DNA from: Bacteroidales bacterium
GTDB lineage: Bacteria > Bacteroidota > Bacteroidia > Bacteroidales > ML635J-15
DNA: 64,000 bases
Direction of reading: 5' to 3'
NCBI GenBank assembly: GCA_963676165.1
Contig: OY781043.1
Span: 3,642,023-3,706,022 of the forward strand
Below the pieces are notes generated by a model. The model worked only from the letters and a program-made list of their open reading frames with translations. It was not told the origin of the DNA and ran no database searches. The number at the start of each line of letters is the position of its first letter. Position 1 is the stretch's first letter. The translations under genes and the position numbers were made by a program. Positions 46,427-55,272 of this stretch are shown piece by piece.

Positions 46427-48559
46427 TTATTTCACGATGCTTATTTTACGAGTTACTGTATAACCATCAACAGTAATATCAATCATGTATAACCCTGCTT
46501 CATTAAAATCTATCATGTTGCTAATGGAAACTTTTTGATATCCAACTTGTGCATTAAGTGATTTTTTCAATAAAGTTTTACCAAGCATGTCATAAACTTT
46601 AATGCTTACATTTTCTGGTTGAGTAAGGCTAAATGCAAGATTTACTTCATCATTTGTAGGGTTAGGATACACATTTACTCCGCTTAAAATGTCAATGCTT
46701 TCAATATCAGCTTCTGTGGATTGGTAATCTGCTACCCAACCAGAACCTACATTATCATCGGAGTTTGCAAAGAAAAGAATAATGGCTTTCGGTGCATTTA
46801 CAACCAATGATTCAGGAATGTTTTCTGCATCGAATCTTTCAACTAATTCGGAAGTGGAATTTTTATATACTTGCACGTAATCCATTCCGTCTGCCAAGTC
46901 AAATTCTGTAAAATCTAAACGAACAGCTTCTGCTCCTTCAGGTTCTATGTGCCAGAAACAGACTGTTGATTTTTGGTATTCGCAAGTTCCAGATCCATCA
47001 CTAACTGTACCGCTTTGATCGGTATAATATGAACTTGCGGCACAATAATCCGAAGAAAAGCTAACGTACCATCCATCACCAACAGAACTACCATCAGTTT
47101 GGAAATGAATGAGTAGATTTCCTGAGTTTGCTTGAACAGAACTGCTTCCAGGTAAATTATCTGCATCATAAGTTGCAAGGAGAGTGCTTGAAGTGGTTGA
47201 TCCATCGTATAAATTAATGACATCACCATCACCCAAATCAAATTTTTCAAATTCTAAACGGATAAGGTTACCACATTCAGGGGAAATTAAATATTCACAA
47301 TCGATGTTGTTTTGGTAATCTTCATTTGCGCTGCCATCGCCAAAAGCTCCTTGGTGACCTACAATGGTTTTATTTCCTGTACAATGTTCTGGGTAGTTTT
47401 CTTCAGGATAAATATTGATGACTGCATCTTGATCATAGATGAAATTATAATCATCTCCACCAGGAGTTGCGGATGAAACTAAATCGTCTAAAGTGTAATA
47501 TCCGTTACCGGCACCACCCCAACCCCAGTTCATATGGAACTCATTGTCCATATAACCATCACAGTTCCATGCGTGTCCGGCGCCTGAAGCAGGAGATCCA
47601 GAATATACCATAGGCAATCTATTATCCAATTGTCCTTTTAAGATATTCTTGTATTCGGTTTCACTATAATAATCTTTACTTACCATTTGGCAAGAGTTAT
47701 CATAGCGGAAATAGTCCACCAAAGCATCAGGAACTCTACTTGTTTGTGTTCCTGAACCATCATAACCCCAATACATTTTTACAGCAACGCCGGCATGTAG
47801 ATTCACTTTTGCAAGTTCGTCGTTTGCTCCACTAGCTGATAATGGCATGGCTTCCCAGTTATACGTTTGATTTCCAAAGTTAACGGTAATATCACCATAT
47901 CCACCGTTCCACCAATTTGAATGCGTATATGATCCGGTTCCTGTTTCTGGGTAATCCCAGTGTTTCATTATTTGTAACATTGCTGTAGCAACACAACCAA
48001 CAGGGACATGTCCACCTGAAGCATCTGCATCTTCAGGGCACATCGCATTGTATGGTGAGGTTTGGTTCCAATTGACTAAAAGCAGTGATTCCACGTTACG
48101 GTAATTTTTTATGCCCTTTGCAGGAGTATATTGAATCAATTCTTCCCATTGTTCAGCAACAGAAACATCTGCTCTTAATTTCTTTTCTGCTACATATGCT
48201 ATTTGACTTTCATACCATTGTAACATATCTGCTTGTCCGGGATGCATGTTTTCTGCATTAAACTCACCTTTAAATGCATAGGCAAGTACTGGTTTTACAG
48301 ATGCACTTGCAGAAACCAAAACAAAACCTTGATTTTCATTCACATCAAATGCATAATAAGTACTTTGAGCACTTTTTGTTTCAGCTACTTTTAAACTCAA
48401 GTTTATAGAGTTATAATCTGCTTTGTGATTTTGATTCACTCTTTGGTAATAGAAATTTTTTGCAACTTTTTCAGCTACTGATTGTGGAACATTTTGCGCA
48501 AATGTTAAACTGCCAACCAGTAACATGATCAGTGACAGCACGATAAATTTAATTTTCAT
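46427..48559 (-). CDS. C10-family (streptopain-like) cysteine peptidase with two CUB-like domains and a T9SS sorting domain
   Basis: Signal peptide. N-terminal inhibitor-like propeptide. Catalytic Cys context VGCVATAMLQIMKHW and His context GHAWNCDGY. Two repeated ~110-aa modules (LISPECGNLIRLEFEKFDLGDGD and WHIEPEGAEAVRLDFTEFDLADGMD). C-terminus VYPNPTNDEVNLAF...LYMIDI. Confidence 0.8.
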   Translation of the reverse strand: MKIKFIVLSLIMLLVGSLTFAQNVPQSVAEKVAKNFYYQRVNQNHKADYNSINLSLKVAETKSAQSTYYAFDVNENQGFVLVSASASVKPVLAYAFKGEFNAENMHPGQADMLQWYESQIAYVAEKKLRADVSVAEQWEELIQYTPAKGIKNYRNVESLLLVNWNQTSPYNAMCPEDADASGGHVPVGCVATAMLQIMKHWDYPETGTGSYTHSNWWNGGYGDITVNFGNQTYNWEAMPLSASGANDELAKVNLHAGVAVKMYWGYDGSGTQTSRVPDALVDYFRYDNSCQMVSKDYYSETEYKNILKGQLDNRLPMVYSGSPASGAGHAWNCDGYMDNEFHMNWGWGGAGNGYYTLDDLVSSATPGGDDYNFIYDQDAVINIYPEENYPEHCTGNKTIVGHQGAFGDGSANEDYQNNIDCEYLISPECGNLIRLEFEKFDLGDGDVINLYDGSTTSSTLLATYDADNLPGSSSVQANSGNLLIHFQTDGSSVGDGWYVSFSSDYCAASSYYTDQSGTVSDGSGTCEYQKSTVCFWHIEPEGAEAVRLDFTEFDLADGMDYVQVYKNSTSELVERFDAENIPESLVVNAPKAIILFFANSDDNVGSGWVADYQSTEADIESIDILSGVNVYPNPTNDEVNLAFSLTQPENVSIKVYDMLGKTLLKKSLNAQVGYQKVSISNMIDFNEAGLYMIDITVDGYTVTRKISIVK

Positions 48560-48590
48560 AGACCTTCTTTTAGTTATTGCAACATAGATG

Positions 48591-50177
48591 TTATTTTTCT
48601 TTATTGTGTTGCACGGATTCCTTAGGAAAATCGATATTACAATGTAAACCGATGGATTCTTTTCTCTCCTGTGCCATTTTAATAATTAAGTACCCAACAT
48701 TTATCAGATTGCGAAGTTCACATATTTTTACAGTGACTTTTGACTTTTTATACAAATCTTCAGTTTCTCTGTATATGATTTCCAGGCGGTCCAAAGCTCT
48801 TTTCATACGTAAATTTGAACGTACGATGCCAACGTAATGACTCATGATGGATTGCGTCTCTTTCCAAGATTGTGTAATTAATACCATCTCTTCATTTGGT
48901 GTTGTGCCGTCATCATTCCATTCTGGTATGTTTTCTTCCCATTGTATGGATTTTATAGCTTCTAGTCCGTGCTTGGCTGCCCGATCTGCAAATACAACCG
49001 CTTCGAGTAGTGAGTTAGATGCAAGTCGATTTGCTCCGTGTAAGCCAGTATGAGAAACTTCACCAACTGCATATAATCTGTGGATAGAGCTTTCTGCATG
49101 TTTGTTTACGCTTATTCCTCCACATAAATAATGGGCAGATGGAACAACTGGGATGAAATTTTTTATCGGATCAATGCCTATGTCAATGCACTTTTTGTAA
49201 ATGTTTGGGAATTCATTTTTTAATACATCAACAGGAATTTCTGTGGCATCAAGATATACATGATCTGAGCCAGAGTTTTTCATTTCACTATCAATCGCAC
49301 GTGCAACAATATCTCTAGGGGCAAGAGAACCTCTATGGTCGTATTTTTCCATAAAAGTCTTCCCATGGAAAGTTCTTAGAATTGCACCAGAGCCTCTCAA
49401 CGCTTCAGTAATAAGAAAAGTTTGAGTTGCTTTAGGATCATACAATGCTGTTGGGTGAAATTGAATAAATTCCATGTTTTCAATTTTTCCCTTAGCACGA
49501 TATACCATAGCGATACCATCACCAGTGATGACATTTGGATTGGTTGTATTTAAATAAACATTTCCGCAGCCACCTGTTGCAATTAAACTGGACTTTGCCA
49601 ATATTGTATGTATCACTTTTTTCTCCTTGTCAAAAACATAAGCACCATAACATTCAATGCCTTTTGTACTTCGTTTTATAAGAGATCCCATGTGATGTTG
49701 AGTAATGATGTCAATGGCAAAATAATTTTCCAACAATTCAATGTTTGGATGATTTTTTACTTGTCGGATAAGTGTTTGCTGTATCTCATGTCCTGTATTG
49801 TCTTTGTGATGGAGTACACGTTTTTCGGAATGTCCTCCTTCTCGATGAAGATTGTATGTTCCCTTACTTGTTTTATCAAAAGATGCTCCCCAATCGATAA
49901 GTTCTTTGACTCGTTGAGGACCTTCTTCAACCACAATTTTGACAATTTCTTCTTGATTAAGAAAAGAACCGGCATCCAATGTGTCTGCCACATGCTTTTC
50001 GAAACTGTCAGGTTGATAAGTCACTGCGGCGATTCCACCTTGTGCGTATGATGTCGCAGTATCATCCAATTTGGTCTTTGTTACTACACAAACACTGGCT
50101 TTGTCAGCTACTTTTAAAGCAAAGCTTAATCCGGCAATGCCAGACCCAATAACCAGAAAATCTACCCGTTTTTCCAT
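48591..50177 (-). CDS. nadB: L-aspartate oxidase
   Basis: FAD motif DFLVIGSGIAGLS. Flavoprotein blocks shared with the succinate dehydrogenase/fumarate reductase family (YAQGGIAA, HPTAL, GLHGANRLASNSLLE). I prefer the ATG at 50177 to the track's TTG at 50198. Confidence 0.9.
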   Translation of the reverse strand: MEKRVDFLVIGSGIAGLSFALKVADKASVCVVTKTKLDDTATSYAQGGIAAVTYQPDSFEKHVADTLDAGSFLNQEEIVKIVVEEGPQRVKELIDWGASFDKTSKGTYNLHREGGHSEKRVLHHKDNTGHEIQQTLIRQVKNHPNIELLENYFAIDIITQHHMGSLIKRSTKGIECYGAYVFDKEKKVIHTILAKSSLIATGGCGNVYLNTTNPNVITGDGIAMVYRAKGKIENMEFIQFHPTALYDPKATQTFLITEALRGSGAILRTFHGKTFMEKYDHRGSLAPRDIVARAIDSEMKNSGSDHVYLDATEIPVDVLKNEFPNIYKKCIDIGIDPIKNFIPVVPSAHYLCGGISVNKHAESSIHRLYAVGEVSHTGLHGANRLASNSLLEAVVFADRAAKHGLEAIKSIQWEENIPEWNDDGTTPNEEMVLITQSWKETQSIMSHYVGIVRSNLRMKRALDRLEIIYRETEDLYKKSKVTVKICELRNLINVGYLIIKMAQERKESIGLHCNIDFPKESVQHNKEK

Positions 50178-50389
50178 TTCTCTATGAATAAAGGACAAAG
50201 ATACTTTTTTAAGTCAAGTTATAAAAATAGCGTGATGGCTATATTATGAAAAGAAATCAATAAAAAGCGTTTTGAGGTGAAAGATTCGTGTAGGTAGATG
50301 CCAAAGCTTTTCAGTGATTATTAGATAGAACTCACGTTAAATATGTAACAAGAAGAAGCGAACTCTCGTTTAATCAAATAAAATACATT

Positions 50390-50629
50390 ATGGAAGAAAA
50401 TAAATCACATCTCGTTTGTATCGCAATTTTCAGATACACTTATCGTGCTGACATTTTAAAGGCATTGCTTAAAGAAGCTGGAATAGAATCTTATGTTAAT
50501 TCATCCTCTGTTTTCCGTCAAATTGATTCAACTAAACTCATGGTCAACAGTGACGATTTAGTGAAAGCAAGAGAAGTACTGCATGCAAATAAGGCAGAAT
50601 TCTCAGATGAAGAAATGGAAATATTGTAA
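50390..50629 (+). CDS. Small DUF2007-like (putative signal-transducing) protein
   Basis: 79 aa. The pattern LVCIAIFRYTYRADILKALLKEAGIESYV resembles the beta-alpha-beta DUF2007 fold family. The call is weak. Confidence 0.4.
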   Translation: MEENKSHLVCIAIFRYTYRADILKALLKEAGIESYVNSSSVFRQIDSTKLMVNSDDLVKAREVLHANKAEFSDEEMEIL

Positions 50630-50637
50630 CACGTTTA

Positions 50638-53600
50638 TTACAACATTTTCTTCAATTCCGCTAAGCGTTTTTGTTTTTCAGGTTCTCTTAATCGACGAGC
50701 GCTGGCTGTAAAGTAATGGTGTTTTTCCATAAACTTCATTTGCAGACGATTCCACTGTTCAATCGTTCCAATTTTATTTCGTTCAAAAAGCTCTCTAAAG
50801 AGGTTTTGTGACGTAGGAATAAAATCAGGACGCCCTAGATAATCCAAATCAGCATCGCAAATAATTTCTTGAAGGAGATTCTGTGGTTTTTGCGGCGATT
50901 TGGTTGCAAGTATCAATTCTGCAATCTGATTAATCTGTGTTTGAGAATAGTGATATCCTGGAAGAGTCTTACGCGCAATTTCCACACCTTTCTCTTCATG
51001 AAAATCATAGCTTACTAAAAAACCAACGTCATGGAAAAGTGCTGCAGTTTTTAATAGTAGCATTTGTCTTTCTGTGACACCTTCCATTCTGGCAATTGTT
51101 TCTGTTTGATAGAAGACATTGACAGTATGTTTGAGGTTATGATAATACAAGTTCTTAGGTAAATTTTTCTCTAATTTTTCAAGAATGTCATTTTGTAAAT
51201 CCTGCAATCTTACCATTTGAAGTTTTACAATGAAATCTTCATTTGGAGATATTGATCCACGAGCTTTATTAAGTTCTGAGCGGATGCATTTGATGTAGTA
51301 CATGTCTAAGTCCCCCTTGTATTTTACAGGGTTTTTACCTCTATACATGCAATGGAAAAACTCTTTAACATGTGAATAAGTTGAGGATGAAATATTAACC
51401 TGTCCAACTTCACCATGAGTTTCCATTCGGCTGGCAATATTTACGGTGTCTCCCCAAATGTCATAAGCAATACGTTGTGTACCAATAACCCCTGCAACAA
51501 GCGGACCGGTGTGAATACCAATTCGGACTTTAAAATCAACGCCTTCTTCTTTATTTATCTGACTAACAATTTCTTGCATTTCCATGGCGGCGAGTACAAC
51601 CTCAATTGGATTGGTGTTGTTTGGTGTTGGTATTCCACCTGCGCACATGTATGCATCACCAATGGTTTTAATCTTTTCAATATCGTATTTTTCAATAATT
51701 TGGTCAAAAGATTTAAATACAATATCAAGTTGTTTAATGAGTACTTCAGGTTTAGTTGTTTCAGCTATCTTGGTAAATCCTTGAATATCAGCAAACAAAA
51801 CTGTTGCCATTTCGTATCTTCTTGAGCTGGCTTTTCCTTTGGTACGAATTTCTTCAACGGTACGTTTTGGTAAAATGCGATTAACCAATCGTTCGGTTTG
51901 GACTTTCTGATTTAGTAACTCTTCCGTACGAGTAGCAATGATACTTTCCAATTCATATTTTTCTTTTGCATGACGGAATTCTCTTTGTTTGCTTAGCATA
52001 TAAAGCAGGCTCAGTCCAAATGCAACATAAAATATGAATGCCCACCATGCAAAGTATAAAGGTGGTCGTATGGTAAACTCAAAACTGGTGGTTTCGGAAA
52101 TTCTGCCAAACGGACTTTTTGCTCTAACCTTAAATACATAGTTGTTGCTGCTGAGGTTAGTGTATTCTTTATAATATTCATTTGACCAGTCAGTCCAATT
52201 TTCTTGAAATCCTTCAAGTTTTGTTTGATACAAAATGTCATCTCCTGAGCGATAAAATGGAGCAGCAAATTCAAAGCGTATGTTTCTTTGTCTGTGTGTA
52301 AAAACTACAGGGGAACTTAAAACGCTATTTTCATTTGTATAGACAGTTTTATTCAAAATCACTGAGTCATTTTCAATGGATACATGACGTAAAATGCATG
52401 GTATTGAGCTTGTGTCTTGGATCTGTTTTGATTCTTGATAGCGTATTAACCCATTGATACTTCCATACCAAGTAATATCAGCTTCATCGTGCAGTATGCT
52501 TTCTATTGTTCTGTCAGAAATTAATTGGAATGGACTAAATTTTGTTTTGTATGTTTTCGATTTGGGATTCCAATATGCAACCCCGCTGTTTTTCTTGTAT
52601 GTGTCTTTATGACCGCTGGAAAACCATAGGTTTCCATGTTTGTCTTCGTGGATAGGATATATCCAATTTTTACCAGATGTAAAATTGATACCCATCAAAC
52701 TGTCTTTAACAAACAGAGCCTTTTCATTATATCGATAAACTCCATTATATGTTGAGAATAGAATGCCATTGCGGGTTTTGTAAACGTCAATCCAATCGTA
52801 ATTTTCTGGTAAACCATAACCACGTTGAATATGAATGAATACAGGGCTTAATTCGCCAGGTTTGGTGAAATCGACACGGAATAATCCATTGTTATTTGAA
52901 CCTAACCAAAGTTGTCCGTTTTCTGTTTCTGCAATTGTCCGAATGCTGTAATCGAGATTGTTGATGTATCCAATTTTATCAAATGACCCATCGTAATTTT
53001 GTTGGGCTAACAACAAGCCATTTGAGCTAGAGATGTAAATTTGGTCATGATAGAAGTCGGATTCTATAACATCTTCAAAGTCACCTTCTAGCAGCAATCT
53101 TGCTTTTCCGTATTCAATAATGTATAAACCGTAGTCTGTACAAGCGTACATGTGGTTATTTAAGCTCACAAGTTTTTTCACTCGAAGATTGAGGTTTTCA
53201 ACTTTTGTAAAAAGTGTAAGAAAATCAGTGTAATTCAGAGCATTGATTTTACGGACAGTGTCTTGTCTAAAATAAACACCTTGGTTTGTGCTTAAGAAAA
53301 ATTGTTTGTTATGTTCAGCAACTGATAAGATGGAAACATTTAATCTGGGGTCGCTGGTAAAATACGTAAAAGGAGAGGAAAAGTCAATGTATGAAATTCC
53401 ATTATAAGTGCTTACCCAGAGTTGTGCTTCTCTGTCCATAAATATATTTGAAATATGGTTGTCTGCTAAACCACTTGATTTGGTTAAGTGGAAAACCAAT
53501 TTGCCTTGTTTATCAAGTACAAAGATTCCATTTACTTCTGTTCCAATAATTAAATAGGTATTGTGGTAGTTGAGTAGTCGGGTCACTTTTGCATCCTCAA

Positions 53601-54330
53601 GCATTTTATCGATTTGCGTATAAAAGCGCTTTGATCCTTTGCTTGTGTGAACAAATAATCCAATGTTTCTTTTCGGTTTGAAAATGAGTTTCCCATTAAA
53701 TCGGGTAATGTCGTGATAGCCAAAGTCTTTGAATTGGGAAACAGATTTGAGTAAAACCAATCTGTGATCTTCCAAATGATACAATCCTACCTCCATCACA
53801 TACACATATAGTTCGCCTGAAACTTTGAAAATATTCAGTTCTCTTCCCGGATCGTAAAACATACTTAGCTTTTCGTTCTGGTAACGATAAATGCAAGTAT
53901 CAGATGCGAAATAAGTGCCCCCACACAAAGCAGTAACTTTTTTTATCTGTCCCGGTTTTTCAATTTCATTATTTAAAATTGACACTAATTGTGTGCCTGA
54001 GCGAGTTTTTTTGAGATATCCCATCTGATTAAAGCCACCAACATATATTCTTTGATAGCAATCTACATCCAAGCGCGGAACTCCTACCATACGGATAATA
54101 TCCCAAGTATGATTGTCATATTCGATAAGTCCGTCAGTATTACCAAAATACATTAATCCATCTTTATCCTGACTAATATCAAAGTTTTGACTCTCATAAC
54201 CATAGTCTTTTGATTCAAAATTTGTAATTTTGGGCACTCCTATGGGATTATACTGTGCGAATGCTGTAATTCCCAAGCATAGGAAAAACAGTGTTAAGCC
54301 AGAACAGAGGGATTTTGGTCGTAATATCAT
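50638..54330 (-). CDS. Multidomain sensor: periplasmic beta-propeller repeats + Y_Y_Y domain - TM - class III adenylate cyclase - HD-domain phosphohydrolase
   Basis: After the signal peptide, the first ~740 aa hold repeated propeller blades and a Y_Y_Y-type Ig domain (YQTKLEGFQENWTDWSNEYYKEYTNLSSNNYVFKVRA). The TM helix is WWAFIFYVAFGLSLLYML. The cyclase core has ATVLFADIQGFT, KTIGDAYM and AYDIWGDTVNIASRME. The HD domain has LKHTVNV, ALFHDVGF and CDADLDYLG. I prefer the ATG at 54330 to the track's TTG at 54363. Confidence 0.8.
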   Translation of the reverse strand: MILRPKSLCSGLTLFFLCLGITAFAQYNPIGVPKITNFESKDYGYESQNFDISQDKDGLMYFGNTDGLIEYDNHTWDIIRMVGVPRLDVDCYQRIYVGGFNQMGYLKKTRSGTQLVSILNNEIEKPGQIKKVTALCGGTYFASDTCIYRYQNEKLSMFYDPGRELNIFKVSGELYVYVMEVGLYHLEDHRLVLLKSVSQFKDFGYHDITRFNGKLIFKPKRNIGLFVHTSKGSKRFYTQIDKMLEDAKVTRLLNYHNTYLIIGTEVNGIFVLDKQGKLVFHLTKSSGLADNHISNIFMDREAQLWVSTYNGISYIDFSSPFTYFTSDPRLNVSILSVAEHNKQFFLSTNQGVYFRQDTVRKINALNYTDFLTLFTKVENLNLRVKKLVSLNNHMYACTDYGLYIIEYGKARLLLEGDFEDVIESDFYHDQIYISSSNGLLLAQQNYDGSFDKIGYINNLDYSIRTIAETENGQLWLGSNNNGLFRVDFTKPGELSPVFIHIQRGYGLPENYDWIDVYKTRNGILFSTYNGVYRYNEKALFVKDSLMGINFTSGKNWIYPIHEDKHGNLWFSSGHKDTYKKNSGVAYWNPKSKTYKTKFSPFQLISDRTIESILHDEADITWYGSINGLIRYQESKQIQDTSSIPCILRHVSIENDSVILNKTVYTNENSVLSSPVVFTHRQRNIRFEFAAPFYRSGDDILYQTKLEGFQENWTDWSNEYYKEYTNLSSNNYVFKVRAKSPFGRISETTSFEFTIRPPLYFAWWAFIFYVAFGLSLLYMLSKQREFRHAKEKYELESIIATRTEELLNQKVQTERLVNRILPKRTVEEIRTKGKASSRRYEMATVLFADIQGFTKIAETTKPEVLIKQLDIVFKSFDQIIEKYDIEKIKTIGDAYMCAGGIPTPNNTNPIEVVLAAMEMQEIVSQINKEEGVDFKVRIGIHTGPLVAGVIGTQRIAYDIWGDTVNIASRMETHGEVGQVNISSSTYSHVKEFFHCMYRGKNPVKYKGDLDMYYIKCIRSELNKARGSISPNEDFIVKLQMVRLQDLQNDILEKLEKNLPKNLYYHNLKHTVNVFYQTETIARMEGVTERQMLLLKTAALFHDVGFLVSYDFHEEKGVEIARKTLPGYHYSQTQINQIAELILATKSPQKPQNLLQEIICDADLDYLGRPDFIPTSQNLFRELFERNKIGTIEQWNRLQMKFMEKHHYFTASARRLREPEKQKRLAELKKML

Positions 54331-54376
54331 TAATTTTATTAATTTTCGTGAATAAAAGTTCAAAATAAGAAATAAA

Positions 54377-55201
54377 ATGGAAAATAAAGAAAAAATCGTT
54401 GTCGTAACTTGGGATTTTACCGAAGTTTCGGAATTTGCACTGGCACATGCAGAACGCTATGCTTCAGTCTCTGGTGCAAAAATTCACTGCTTACATATTG
54501 CAAATACTAAACAAGAGAATAACGCATTGCAACAACAGCTTGAAAAAGAAGTGAGAAATGCTACCTCAAATGAAAACATTGAAATTGAAGCCGTGGTTAA
54601 ACATGGGAAAATATTTTCAAGCATTAATGAATATGCAGAATCAGTAAAGGCCGAATTAATTATTATGGGGACACATGGTCGTATTGGTACTCAAAAAATA
54701 TTTGGAAGCAAGGCACTTAAGGTGATTGTTGGTTCTAAAATTCCTTTCTTGACAGTACAACGTAAGCCTGTCAATGAATTTAAAGAACTTGTTCTTCCAT
54801 TTGACGCAAATATTGAAGGTCGAGAAAAAATGAAATGGGTTGTTTATTTTGCAAACAAGTATCAATTAAAAGTGCGTATCCTTAAGAAAGTTAGTGGTAT
54901 TAAAGATATACAGCAAGTTATCAATAACAACATTGCATTTGCAAAACGGATTTTAGTTGAGAATGATATTCCTTTTAAAATTGAAATAGAAACAAATTTT
55001 AAAGATTTTGCAGACGAGACAGTTGCTTTTGCTGAACGGATTTCTGCAGGACTTATCATGGTAATGACAACAAAAAACATTGGACTGACAAATTATATGT
55101 TTGGTGCAGACGAGCAAAAAATTATTGCAAATAATTCTAAAATTCCTGTAATCTGTATTAATCCGCGCGAAGACTTAACAAAACCAAGACTAATATCTTA
55201 A
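54377..55201 (+). CDS. Tandem-domain universal stress protein (UspA family)
   Basis: 274 aa in two Usp halves. The first has LIIMGTHGRIG (ATP-binding G-2x-G-9x-G(S/T)-like). It is divergent from the cyclase gene. Confidence 0.7.
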   Translation: MENKEKIVVVTWDFTEVSEFALAHAERYASVSGAKIHCLHIANTKQENNALQQQLEKEVRNATSNENIEIEAVVKHGKIFSSINEYAESVKAELIIMGTHGRIGTQKIFGSKALKVIVGSKIPFLTVQRKPVNEFKELVLPFDANIEGREKMKWVVYFANKYQLKVRILKKVSGIKDIQQVINNNIAFAKRILVENDIPFKIEIETNFKDFADETVAFAERISAGLIMVMTTKNIGLTNYMFGADEQKIIANNSKIPVICINPREDLTKPRLIS

Positions 55202-55272
55202 TATTTGCGTTTTATATTGTAGTGCGATAGTTAAGAATTACAGTTTGTAAAAAGCGAAAAAAGTTGGATTGA

